Shown here in pieces: positions 18,234-26,208 of a DNA stretch of 64,000 nt. Below the pieces are notes generated by a model that was not told the origin of the DNA, did not search any database, and saw only the letters and a program-made list of their open reading frames with translations. Where the stretch lies: the IMG/VR virus record IMGVR_UViG_2744054987_000003, positions 64,001 to 128,000 of that record, one strand, 5' to 3'. This DNA comes from a virus (Duplodnaviria > Caudoviricetes). Position 1 is the stretch's first letter. Each line of letters starts with the position of its first letter. The translations under genes were made by a program, and so were the position numbers.

Positions 18234-18770
18234 TCAGCGAATGGACGTGGTCTTGCGCTCCGCGTCCTTGATCTTGGTGACGATCTCGTCGAGTTCCTGG
18301 TCATCGATCAGGCCGCGACGGTAGATCGAGGCAGCCATGCCCTTCATGTGGCTGAGCGTGTACCTGCTCTTGCGCACACCCATCTTGATGGGTTCGATCC
18401 TCTCGCCCTTCTCGTCAACGAAAATCCCGTTGGACTGCGCCCAGTAGACCCACTGCGGGCTCCGGTCGAAGAACTCGGCTGTTTCCCGAGCGCTGAAGCC
18501 CCGCTCGAACCTCACCGGCTTGCTGGCCGTCGGCTTCTTCTGGCGCGCGGGCTTAGGCTGCGGTTCAGGCTCGGGCTTGGGTTCAGGGTCAGGCTCCAGA
18601 ACTGTGGCCTCATCGAAGTCCAGCGCAACCGAGGCTCCCGCTGGGGGAGCCTCGGGCGCTTCGGGGTCTTCCTGCGACACAGCGGACGACTCGACGGCAT
18701 CGACGGCATCGACGTTGGTGTCGCTGAACAGTGGTGACTCGAACAGCAACCGTTCTGCATCTGTCGTCAT
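18234..18770 (-). CDS. MerR/excisionase-like HTH DNA-binding protein
   Basis: FSARETAEFFDRSPQWVYW...SRYTL; acidic Pro-rich N-terminus; AGGAGG RBS. Confidence 0.75.
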   Translation of the reverse strand: MTTDAERLLFESPLFSDTNVDAVDAVESSAVSQEDPEAPEAPPAGASVALDFDEATVLEPDPEPKPEPEPQPKPARQKKPTASKPVRFERGFSARETAEFFDRSPQWVYWAQSNGIFVDEKGERIEPIKMGVRKSRYTLSHMKGMAASIYRRGLIDDQELDEIVTKIKDAERKTTSIR

Positions 18771-18790
18771 CGTGTTCGTCCTCCTAGTAC

Positions 18791-18815
18791 GCTATCGTCT
18801 ACGATTAACGATAGC
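18791..18815. promoter_or_regulatory. inverted-repeat operator candidate
   Basis: GCTATCGT-N9-ACGATAGC overlaps a minus-strand TGc-TATCGT -10 upstream of the HTH gene. Confidence 0.55.
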
Positions 18816-18843
18816 ACACGTCCAATGATTCGCAGATCGACCC

Positions 18844-19545
18844 TCACAGGTCACGGACGACGAATCGCGGCGTCTTGGCCTTGCCAGGCACCAGGCAGGT
18901 CCGCAGCGCTTCAAGCACCGCGTGGTCGTTCTGCGCCAGGTCGAGAACCTTTTCGACCGACAGCTGGTATTCGATGCGCTCAGGGATGATCTCGGCGGGG
19001 ATGATCACCTCGTCGCAGGCTTCCAGCCAGCGGTCACCCAACAGGGCCTGCAGGCGCTGCTCGTCGACCTGCGGCACGCCGGTGCCCGCGCCCTCGCGGC
19101 AGAACTTCTTGCCGAGCGCCTTGACCTCCAGCGCGCCGTTCTGGCCGGGGACGTCGGCGACCTCGTCAAGGTGAGCGAACACCTCGTCGCGGATCATGTC
19201 GCGGCGAACCTTGATGAACTCATCGACCTCACGCTCGTCGAGGAACTCGCTCATCAGCTCCTCGGCCTGCTGGTCGTTGAGCGCCGCGCTCTCACGCAGC
19301 TCGCCGGAGCCGATGTTGGTGCTCATCTTGTCGATGATGTTGTTCATCTTGTCGCGCAGCGCCAGCAGCTGATCGAGGTCGAAGTCTTCGATGGCCTGCC
19401 TCTGCGCCTCCATGCGGGTGGCGACAGTGGAGCGCGTCGACTTCTCGGTCTTGTTCGGCACCGTAGCCAGCAGCGCCTCGAACACGGCGATCTCGTTGCC
19501 GGAAGCGGCGCTCGCGGCCAGGGCGGGAAAGTCGATGACGGTCAT
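18844..19545 (-). CDS. hypothetical phage protein
   Basis: 233-aa ORF with GAGGAG RBS and strong GC3 bias. Confidence 0.8.
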   Translation of the reverse strand: MTVIDFPALAASAASGNEIAVFEALLATVPNKTEKSTRSTVATRMEAQRQAIEDFDLDQLLALRDKMNNIIDKMSTNIGSGELRESAALNDQQAEELMSEFLDEREVDEFIKVRRDMIRDEVFAHLDEVADVPGQNGALEVKALGKKFCREGAGTGVPQVDEQRLQALLGDRWLEACDEVIIPAEIIPERIEYQLSVEKVLDLAQNDHAVLEALRTCLVPGKAKTPRFVVRDL

Positions 19546-19572
19546 TGCGTTCTCCTCACGTCGGATGTTTCT

Positions 19573-19601
19573 AGTCTAGCAGATGTCTAGAACAACAGCA
19601 A
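19573..19601 (-). promoter_or_regulatory. SigA-like promoter TTGCTG-17-TAGACT
   Basis: Extended -10 TGc TAGACT with TAGACA boxes in the spacer and upstream. Confidence 0.65.
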
Positions 19602-19605
19602 GTGT

Positions 19606-19776
19606 CTAAACGCAGCCGCCGTATCCGCCGCCGTAGCAAGCCGTGGGTGCCGCGCGGGTCGAAGTCGGCGTCGATCTTGCCGCAGCCCTGGCAGCAACCG
19701 CAGTCGGTGCACCAGCGCAGTTATTGCAGACACCGAGTTCGTCGCGCACCGCATCGAAGATGGGGTTCAGTCGCAT
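19606..19776 (-). CDS. small Cys-containing hypothetical protein
   Basis: MRLNPIFDAVRDELGVCNNC...; fills the operon gap. Confidence 0.45.
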   Translation of the reverse strand: MRLNPIFDAVRDELGVCNNCAGAPTAVAARAAARSTPTSTRAAPTACYGGGYGGCV

Positions 19777-19780
19777 GAAG

Positions 19781-20041
19781 CTAACGCCCACGACGGGCCT
19801 CGATCAGTCGCTGCTGCGCGGTAGCGATGATGTCGTCGAGCGTGGGGCCGAGCACCGAATGCTGAATGAACTGGGTGGCCAGCTTGACCTGATCTTCGCT
19901 GGGAATGCCCTTCCATTTGGTGCTGAAGCTGGCAGCGGGTTTGATGAAATCGCTGAAGCCGTTGGCGGTTGTGGTCACCGACAGCGTGGCCCCGAAATGC
20001 AGGGTCAGCTGCGTCTCGACGATCTCTGGTTCACTGCTCAT
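19781..20041 (-). CDS. hypothetical protein
   Basis: MSSEPEIVETQ...; GAGAGGA RBS. Confidence 0.7.
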   Translation of the reverse strand: MSSEPEIVETQLTLHFGATLSVTTTANGFSDFIKPAASFSTKWKGIPSEDQVKLATQFIQHSVLGPTLDDIIATAQQRLIEARRGR

Positions 20042-20177
20042 CGGATGGTCCTCTCGGTGGGTTGGGACGAGGCGCAGCAACGATCTCGCCGGAGAAAAGA
20101 AGGTAAAATTCGGGTCATGGACCGTGCTTGGCGGGTGATGGAATTGAAACCGCTTTGACGCCTCGCCCCAGGCTCTT

Positions 20178-20498
20178 TCAGATGCTCAAGGTCGCAAACG
20201 GGTCACGACAGAACGCATCACGCATCGCACGCAGGAAGCGCGGCGCGAAATCGATGCGACTCCAAGCATCATCTCGGGACTCGAACTTGTTGCGCAGGAA
20301 CTCCTCATCGTCCTCCAGCTGGCGCAGTGCCGAAGCCAGCCGGGGCAGCATCTCGATGCCGGTCTTGCTCTTCCAACTTTCGACCTTGCCCAGTCCCAGA
20401 TGCTCGAACAGCGCGTTGAACCCGTAAGGCAAGCTGGTGAATGCGTGGTTGAGCGATTCCCCGCAGGTGTGACAGTGCACGCCGACGTCGTAGCTCAC
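20178..20498 (-). CDS. hypothetical protein
   Basis: 106-aa ORF with GTGA overlap and CxxC near the N-terminus. Confidence 0.7.
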   Translation of the reverse strand: MSYDVGVHCHTCGESLNHAFTSLPYGFNALFEHLGLGKVESWKSKTGIEMLPRLASALRQLEDDEEFLRNKFESRDDAWSRIDFAPRFLRAMRDAFCRDPFATLSI

Positions 20499-20683
20499 GA
20501 GACCGCCTCCAGCAGTGCCGGATAGGTGGCCTTGCTGTGGACGTCCGCGCCGTAGCGCACATAGGCGTAGCTGTCGCTGACCGAGGTGATCACACCCTCC
20601 TCGCCCGGTGAGTCTGACGCGAGGTGCGGGGCACGATAGACCACCTTGTGACCGACTTGTTCACGGGCTTCATCGATGGTCAT
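20495..20683 (-). CDS. small SH3-like hypothetical protein
   Basis: GHKVVY...GEEGVITSV...YAYVRY, a common actinophage family. Confidence 0.7.
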   Translation of the reverse strand: MTIDEAREQVGHKVVYRAPHLASDSPGEEGVITSVSDSYAYVRYGADVHSKATYPALLEAVS

Positions 20684-21081
20684 GCCTGGACCTCACTGAC
20701 ATCGGTGTTCTCCTCATCGGTCGCATCAGCGGCTTGTGTTTGCAAGGCTTCGATCTTGGCGCGCAACGAATCCTGGGCCAGACGCATCTCGATGTGGGTC
20801 ATGGTGGATGCCAGCTCGTCGGCATACTTCCAGTAGGCCAGGAACAGGATCAGCATGTCGCCGATCATCGTGGCAGGAACCTTGCCCAGCCTGCTCTCTG
20901 TGGCAGCCAGTGCGATGCTGACGGCGGTGGCGGGCATCCCGCGCGGGTCGTCGGAGTCCAAACGGCGTTCTGCCTCGGAGGCCCACTGCTCCAGGTATTC
21001 CAGGAACTTCTTGCCGACCTCGCCTTCGTCTAGCAGCTCAGCACGCTGCTGCTGCCACAGTGCTTCGTCGCTGACCAGCAT
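20680..21081 (-). CDS. hypothetical protein
   Basis: MLVSDEALWQQ...; ATG overlaps the upstream TGA (track ORF over-extended). Confidence 0.7.
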   Translation of the reverse strand: MLVSDEALWQQQRAELLDEGEVGKKFLEYLEQWASEAERRLDSDDPRGMPATAVSIALAATESRLGKVPATMIGDMLILFLAYWKYADELASTMTHIEMRLAQDSLRAKIEALQTQAADATDEENTDVSEVQA

Positions 21082-21341
21082 CACGCCACCGCGCCGTCGA
21101 GCGGGCGGAACCCGGCGAGGTCGATGCCCAACTCCTCGGCCAGGCGGGCGAAGATCGGGGTCTCGTCGTGGTGGATCTGGCGCAGCCGCTCGACCAATGC
21201 GCCGGGCGGACGTTCGGACTTGTACTGCGTGTGGCGTGGCTTGCGACTCGGGGCGGCGACCGCAACAGGTCCGGTGACGATGAGAAAGTTGATGGCAAAG
21301 AACGCAAGGCATCCCACCATCAAGACCAATGCGTCGTTCAT
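21081..21341 (-). CDS. small membrane protein
   Basis: N-terminal hydrophobic segment; coupled overlaps. Confidence 0.65.
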   Translation of the reverse strand: MNDALVLMVGCLAFFAINFLIVTGPVAVAAPSRKPRHTQYKSERPPGALVERLRQIHHDETPIFARLAEELGIDLAGFRPLDGAVA

Positions 21342-21700
21342 GCTGAATCCTTAGTGTTGTAGGGCTCTCTGAGTTGTCGGCCACGGACGCTGACGCTGAT
21401 GCCCCAACGCCAGATGACGATGTAGAAACTGTGGTCGTCATAGAGCGGCTGCGACGTCGAGTGGCCCTCGAACCAGCCGTCGAACTGTCCGGTGAGATCG
21501 CCGAAGCTCATGTCGATACAGAACTGCGGTCCCTGGTGACTACCAGACTCGGATTCGCAGCAGCTCGCGAGATCGCCGTAGGTCACGCGCCAGCGTTTGG
21601 TCATCGTGTCGCGGTAGCGGTTGTACCAGGGCAGCTTGCCGTCCCACCAGTCGTCGTCGCGCAACGGCATGGTCGATAACCATTGACTGACCGGCTTCAC
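21338..21700 (-). CDS. hypothetical protein
   Basis: 120-aa Trp-rich ORF with 4-nt overlaps. Confidence 0.65.
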   Translation of the reverse strand: MKPVSQWLSTMPLRDDDWWDGKLPWYNRYRDTMTKRWRVTYGDLASCCESESGSHQGPQFCIDMSFGDLTGQFDGWFEGHSTSQPLYDDHSFYIVIWRWGISVSVRGRQLREPYNTKDSA

Positions 21701-21852
21701 CGGCTGGCCCGACTTCCCAACGCCATGAGCGCAGCGCCGACGATCAGCGCAGTAAAGATGTGCGCCAGGTAGGCCACGGGATTGTTGCTCAGCCCGGCGG
21801 CGATGCCGAAGCCGATTCCGGCTGAAACAGCGACGAATCCGGCGGTGGTCAT
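21697..21852 (-). CDS. small two-TM membrane protein
   Basis: MTTAGFVAVSAGIGFGIAAG...HIFTALIVGAALMALG; ATGA overlap. Confidence 0.65.
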   Translation of the reverse strand: MTTAGFVAVSAGIGFGIAAGLSNNPVAYLAHIFTALIVGAALMALGSRASR

Positions 21853-22235
21853 ACGATCACTCCTGTTCCCTTGGCGCGCTTTCCGGGTGGCGGCTGACTT
21901 GACTGCTTGCTTTCGGGATGGAGGAGCACGCCGTACTGAGGGCAGTAGGCGCTGATGGCAGCGGTGATGATGACCGTTGACGCCTGCGCGTCGAGGGTCG
22001 AATGCACCATGCGCTGGACGATCTCGGCGATGGCGAAGCCCGAGTCGATGTTGCGGCACAGCTGGTGTCCCAACGTGATCGCGTATTCGCGGCTGCGGTA
22101 TCCGATCTTGTTGGAATCCAACGTCTGAAGGTAGGTCGTGTCGGCGCTGTTGTCTGCGTGCGCGTCAGCGGTCGGTGCGACCAGTGGCGACAGGAGCACT
22201 GCTCCGATCAATGCGAAGCCCGGAAGTCTAGTCAT
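21849..22235 (-). CDS. DUF732-family secreted protein
   Basis: Signal peptide ending AHA, then D..YL..L....I......AI..GHQLC...G...AAISAYCP. Confidence 0.8.
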   Translation of the reverse strand: MTRLPGFALIGAVLLSPLVAPTADAHADNSADTTYLQTLDSNKIGYRSREYAITLGHQLCRNIDSGFAIAEIVQRMVHSTLDAQASTVIITAAISAYCPQYGVLLHPESKQSSQPPPGKRAKGTGVIV

Positions 22236-22276
22236 CGTCCAGTGGATTCCCTTCAGTAGGGCAGGTGTCTCCAACG

Positions 22277-22305
22277 AGTGTATAGCACTTGACTAGAGGG
22301 CGCAA
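22277..22305 (-). promoter_or_regulatory. SigA-like promoter TTGCGC-17-TACACT
   Basis: Heads the leftward early operon. Confidence 0.55.
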
Positions 22306-22734
22306 GTCTTGTCCTGGGTGATCCTTGGTCGACCGTCTTCCTGATTTTGGGCAGAGTTCTCGCAAGGATTAGGCAATAAGTCCAGGTCAATTCATGTTCA
22401 GTTGTTGTCTATCCAGACACCACACTCAGTACCTGGCCCGCCGAAGGCGGGATGAAAGTACACCGAAGTGAGGTGTACTTTCCGGCCGAAGGCCGGTGCC
22501 CCCCAAACCCCCCACGACCGAAAATTTCGGCCGCCGAGGCGGGCGGCAAACCCCTCTAGCCCCTTGTCTTCGAGAGACAAGGAGCTTTCCCGTTGCCACC
22601 CAGGTCGTAGTACTCCGAACAAGGATGGTCGCTGCCCGCGACAGCGAGAGTTACGCGGGGATGTGTCCTTTCGTTGGGAAGCGAGGGGTGGAGCAGGACT
22701 CAGCTTGTTTACGGCATCTGCGGCATGTCTACGG

Positions 22735-22776
22735 CGTCATTACGTCATTGCGTCATTACGTCATTGCGTCATTACG
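22735..22776. repeat. 8-bp tandem repeat CGTCATT(A/G) x5
   Basis: cgtcatta cgtcattg cgtcatta cgtcattg cgtcatta cg in a ~750-bp non-coding divergent region. Confidence 0.95.
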
Positions 22777-22923
22777 TTTTGCCCGAAGGCCATCTCTGTG
22801 CCTGGCACACCTATACACCAGGAGTTACTTTGGGTACTGCCTCGACAGCTGATGCACTGGAGGCTTCGGACTTGACATCATCAGTGGATGTTCAGTACCG
22901 TTACGACCAGCGTGCTAGCTTGT

Positions 22924-22968
22924 CGAAGGCCCCTGTAGGAGAAATCCTCGGGGGCCTTCGTCATTTCT
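22924..22968 (+). terminator. intrinsic terminator-like hairpin
   Basis: CGAAGGCCCC...GGGGCCTTCG followed by TCATTTCT. Confidence 0.65.
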
Positions 22969-23026
22969 AGCACTCCTCGCGCCGGAACGCAACGCTTGCC
23001 AAGTGTGAGGCATTTGCGTGTAGACT

Positions 23027-24892
23027 ATGTCTAACATGCGACTAGTTGATGACCTCGAAGAAGCTCTCACTGACTACCGGCCCGACGTTCTGTCCCGCTG
23101 TGTTGTCGTGGAGGCATCACCGGAATGGCCAGGCCAGCTGGTGTTCCAGCCATTCGTTGGCGAACAGGACTTCCTGGCGCGCTACAGCGACTGGATCAGC
23201 AGGCACCTCACCCTCAACGAGTTGTACAACCTCACAGCGTTCATCGAACTGCTGGAGGCCGACAGCCACACCGTGTTCTGTGCGCCGAGTGCACAACCAA
23301 TCCTTGATGACTACGCCCGGCTGAGTGAGCCGCTGACGATCGAAGGCTATAGTCTGCGTCCCTTCCAGACCTTCGGCCTCAATCAGGCGTTGGAGCGGGC
23401 GCTGAGCGGCAAAACAACCGGCGACAGGATGTTCTTCTGGAACTGGTCAGCCGGAGCTGGAAAGAGCCATGTCAGCGGAGCCGGTGCCAAAGCGCTGTTT
23501 GACCGCAACGCCATCGACTTGGTCATTGCCTGCACGCTGTCGAAACTCAAAATCAACTTGAGTAGGACGTACTGCGACGACGCCAAACTTAAGTCCGTGG
23601 TCAACGACCATGTGCGTCCAAACATTCGGCGTGAGGGCTATCTCAACCCAGACACGCAGGTGTTCGTGATGAACTATGAGAAGCTGTGGGTTGATGAGGA
23701 TGCACTGCGTGAGGTGACTGCGAATAAGCGAGTGCTGTTCATCGCAGATGAGGCGCATCGTTTGATCTCCGATGGTGCACACAACAAGGCGCGCAAAGCT
23801 CTTGACCGTCTCACCAAAGACTGCCACGCCATCGTCTGGCCGATGAGCGCCACCGTAGTCGACGGTAACCCATTGCGGTTCCGTGACGTGTTTTCGCTCG
23901 ACGGCAGGCCCGCCAAGAACCCGTTGGGCACCAAGAAAGACTTCACCGCACGCTACGCACACGAGGTGCGCGAGATCCCCGTCAAGACACGCAGCGGTGG
24001 ACGGTATACCTTCACCGCCTACGACTGGAACCTGGCCGCACTCCAGGACATCCGGCATCGTGTTGCTGACCGCACGATGACCGCGCGCAAGACCGACCCT
24101 GGCATTCGTGAGCAGTTCAAGGGCATTGAGTGCATTCCAGTCATGGTGCAGCCCACCGCGCAGCAGCAGAAACTGTTCGACGTCATCACCGATCTTGCCA
24201 AGGAGGCCCAGCAGCGCGAGGAGGCGCTGACGCAGCACTACCTGGCATTGCGGATCGCGGCTACCAACCCCGGCGCGTTGTGGTTCGGTACCGGCCAGCT
24301 CGTCATCGACATCTCAGAGCGCGTGCCGGATCTGCTCGACGCCAAGCACTCGGCCAAGATCGAGGTGCTCAACGGGATGTTGGAGTCCATTCGCGAAGCG
24401 CAGGACAAGGCCGTGCTGTTCTGTCACTGGACGAATCTCGGGCTGCTGCCGCTCGTCAAGCACATCGAAGTGCCTCACGTGCTGCACTACGGCACCGGTC
24501 AGACCACGTCGGAATCACAGGCCGCGCAGGACCGGTTCAAAAGCGATCCCGACATCACGCTGTTCGCCAGCTCTGATGCGGGCACCTACGGACTGAATCT
24601 TCAGTGCGCGCGTTACGTCATCAGCGCCGACCCCACCTACTCCTACGACGCGCTGGCGCAACGCAACGCCCGCATCGATCGCGTCGACAGTCACCTCGAC
24701 GGCTTGACAGCCTACGTGCTCATCACCGAGGGCAGCGTCGAGGAGCGTGTATGGCAGGTCTGCAACGAACGCCGGATGCTTGCCGCTGCGGTCCAGGGCA
24801 CTTCCGAAGAACTCACCTACGGTGACGGCGAAGTGTCCAAGTCAGAGATGAACGACCTGAGTTGGTTGGTGTTCGGAGACAAGGAGAAGTAG
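23027..24892 (+). CDS. SNF2-like superfamily 2 helicase
   Basis: LRPFQ, AGAGKS, NYE, DEAH, SAT, SAKI..L, GLNLQ, QRNARIDR. Confidence 0.92.
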   Translation: MSNMRLVDDLEEALTDYRPDVLSRCVVVEASPEWPGQLVFQPFVGEQDFLARYSDWISRHLTLNELYNLTAFIELLEADSHTVFCAPSAQPILDDYARLSEPLTIEGYSLRPFQTFGLNQALERALSGKTTGDRMFFWNWSAGAGKSHVSGAGAKALFDRNAIDLVIACTLSKLKINLSRTYCDDAKLKSVVNDHVRPNIRREGYLNPDTQVFVMNYEKLWVDEDALREVTANKRVLFIADEAHRLISDGAHNKARKALDRLTKDCHAIVWPMSATVVDGNPLRFRDVFSLDGRPAKNPLGTKKDFTARYAHEVREIPVKTRSGGRYTFTAYDWNLAALQDIRHRVADRTMTARKTDPGIREQFKGIECIPVMVQPTAQQQKLFDVITDLAKEAQQREEALTQHYLALRIAATNPGALWFGTGQLVIDISERVPDLLDAKHSAKIEVLNGMLESIREAQDKAVLFCHWTNLGLLPLVKHIEVPHVLHYGTGQTTSESQAAQDRFKSDPDITLFASSDAGTYGLNLQCARYVISADPTYSYDALAQRNARIDRVDSHLDGLTAYVLITEGSVEERVWQVCNERRMLAAAVQGTSEELTYGDGEVSKSEMNDLSWLVFGDKEK

Positions 24893-25138
24893 ATGCTCGA
24901 CGACGAATGGATTTGGCCATTGCTGGCAGCGGTCGGCTCGCTGCTTCTCGTTGCGCTGATCTGCCTTCCGGTGCGTCAGGTCTACCATCACTACGAGGTC
25001 AAGCAGTGCCACCAGTTCTCGGAGCAGGCTGGCTACACAACGAAGTTCGTGGACTACAACTTCCTCAGCTGGGACTGCCTGGCACAGACTAAGACCGGTA
25101 AGTGGGTCGGCTACGAAAAGCTGCGCGACGTTGACTAG
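24893..25138 (+). CDS. small membrane-anchored protein
   Basis: AAGGAG RBS and N-terminal TM helix. Confidence 0.75.
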   Translation: MLDDEWIWPLLAAVGSLLLVALICLPVRQVYHHYEVKQCHQFSEQAGYTTKFVDYNFLSWDCLAQTKTGKWVGYEKLRDVD

Positions 25139-25479
25139 CTTTCACGCCGAGCGATCTGCTGGTCGTAGATGTCGACGATTTCACGCAGCTGAGCAACAGG
25201 GTCGTCTGTATCGAGGATCTCCTGGTATGCCTGGCGGCTCTTCTTGGCGTGCTGAAGCCAGCCTCTCTCTACCCACTTCAGTGCAGCATCAGGCGTAAGC
25301 GACATACCGGCTCCCACCACAGCACCGTCTTCGCCGCGCTCGGGCCAGAACAACTGCGGCGCACCTTGTTCGTCAAGAAACATGATCCAGCGCCGACCGT
25401 CGTCGGTCTCACCCTCGATGAGTCCAGCTGATCCGGTCTCGGCAGGGTTCTTGTAACGCTCAATGCTGATTCGCTTCAT
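25135..25479 (-). CDS. hypothetical protein
   Basis: MKRISIERYKNP...; GAAAGG RBS (track ORF over-extended). Confidence 0.65.
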   Translation of the reverse strand: MKRISIERYKNPAETGSAGLIEGETDDGRRWIMFLDEQGAPQLFWPERGEDGAVVGAGMSLTPDAALKWVERGWLQHAKKSRQAYQEILDTDDPVAQLREIVDIYDQQIARRES

Positions 25480-25543
25480 GGGAATGCCTTTCGGTGAGGG
25501 GATAAATCCGCGCCCCACCTGGGCACTCATCAAGTATAGCAGC

Positions 25544-25747
25544 TCAGGCAGACAGTGTCCCATCACCGGCAGTCGCACGCTCGATGGTCTGCCACGAGTA
25601 CTCCTCGTGCCACCCGTAGAAGGGATGCTCACGGTCAGAGATGGTCGCTGTAGCGAAGTCGTTTCGAGAGCCACTGATTTGCACCCGAAAACCGTTGACG
25701 AGCAGTCCACGGGAGTTCGCCTCTTGCATGATTGCGCCTTTGTTCAT
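25544..25747 (-). CDS. hypothetical protein
   Basis: 67-aa ORF starting ~7 nt after a -10 box (possibly leaderless). Confidence 0.6.
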   Translation of the reverse strand: MNKGAIMQEANSRGLLVNGFRVQISGSRNDFATATISDREHPFYGWHEEYSWQTIERATAGDGTLSA

Positions 25748-25753
25748 ACCTAA

Positions 25754-25783
25754 ACTATATCATGAGTGTCTAGGTAATGTCTA
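25754..25783 (-). promoter_or_regulatory. SigA-like promoter TAGACA-18-TATAGT with extended -10
   Basis: TAGACA ttacc TAGACA ctca TGa TATAGT. Confidence 0.7.
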
Positions 25784-25784
25784 A

Positions 25785-25858
25785 TGGCTGGGGTGTCAGG
25801 ACTCGAACCTGAATCGCCCGGACCAAAACCGGGAATCATACCTTTAGACCACGCCCCA
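25785..25858 (-). tRNA. tRNA-Gln(TTG)
   Basis: Cloverleaf; anticodon arm CCCGG-TTTTGGT-CCGGG, T arm GGTTCGAGTCC, encoded CCA. Confidence 0.93.
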
Positions 25859-25863
25859 GGGAG

Positions 25864-25934
25864 CTGGGATGCAAGGACTCGAACCTCGATTACCGGAACC
25901 AGACTCCGGTGTCTTGCCTTTAGACGACATCCCA
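25864..25934 (-). tRNA. tRNA-Gln(CTG)
   Basis: TGGGATG/CATCCCA acceptor stem, CCGGA-GTCTGGT-TCCGG anticodon arm, GGTTCGAGTCC; no CCA. Confidence 0.9.
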
Positions 25935-25938
25935 TCGG

Positions 25939-26020
25939 TGCCAGCAGCAGGAGTCGAACCTGCACAGCCGAAGCCACGGAGTTACAGTCCGCTTCCCTCG
26001 CCACATGGGGGTGTGCTGGC
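25939..26020 (-). tRNA. tRNA-Tyr(GTA)
   Basis: GCCAGCA/TGCTGGC acceptor stem, GCGGA-CTGTAAC-TCCGT anticodon arm, long variable arm, GGTTCGACTCC. Confidence 0.88.
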
Positions 26021-26024
26021 TTCG

Positions 26025-26099
26025 TCGGGGTGACAGGATTTGAACCTGCGGCCTTCCGCTCCCAAAGCGGATGCTCTTGCCAAGCTGAGCTACACCCCG
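26025..26099 (-). tRNA. tRNA-Pro(TGG)
   Basis: CGGGGTG/CACCCCG acceptor stem, TCCGC-TTTGGGA-GCGGA anticodon arm, GGTTCAAATCC. Confidence 0.95.
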
Positions 26100-26178
26100 T
26101 AGGTACGGGGCATCGCCCCGAGGTCAGCGATAACGCTGTCGGGGTGGTTGCGGTCGAAACTCAGCGGCCATGACGAAA

Positions 26179-26208
26179 ACAGTATCAGCGCAAGTACATC
26201 GGCGTCAA
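26179..26208 (-). promoter_or_regulatory. tRNA cluster promoter TTGACG-18-TACTGT
   Basis: Embedded in the last codons of the upstream gene; its TGA stop supplies the extended -10 TG. Confidence 0.6.

Noticed and set aside
22735-22776. Possible CRISPR array (a Cas4-like gene is present)
   Set aside because: The 8-bp units have no spacers, there is no cas1/cas2, and solo Cas4-like nucleases are common in phages.
22398-22970. Short ORFs in the divergent region
   Set aside because: No RBS or coding-like composition, and several run through the tandem repeat.
25750-26173. Track ORFs 25750-26004 and 25784-26173
   Set aside because: They overlap four clear tRNA genes.
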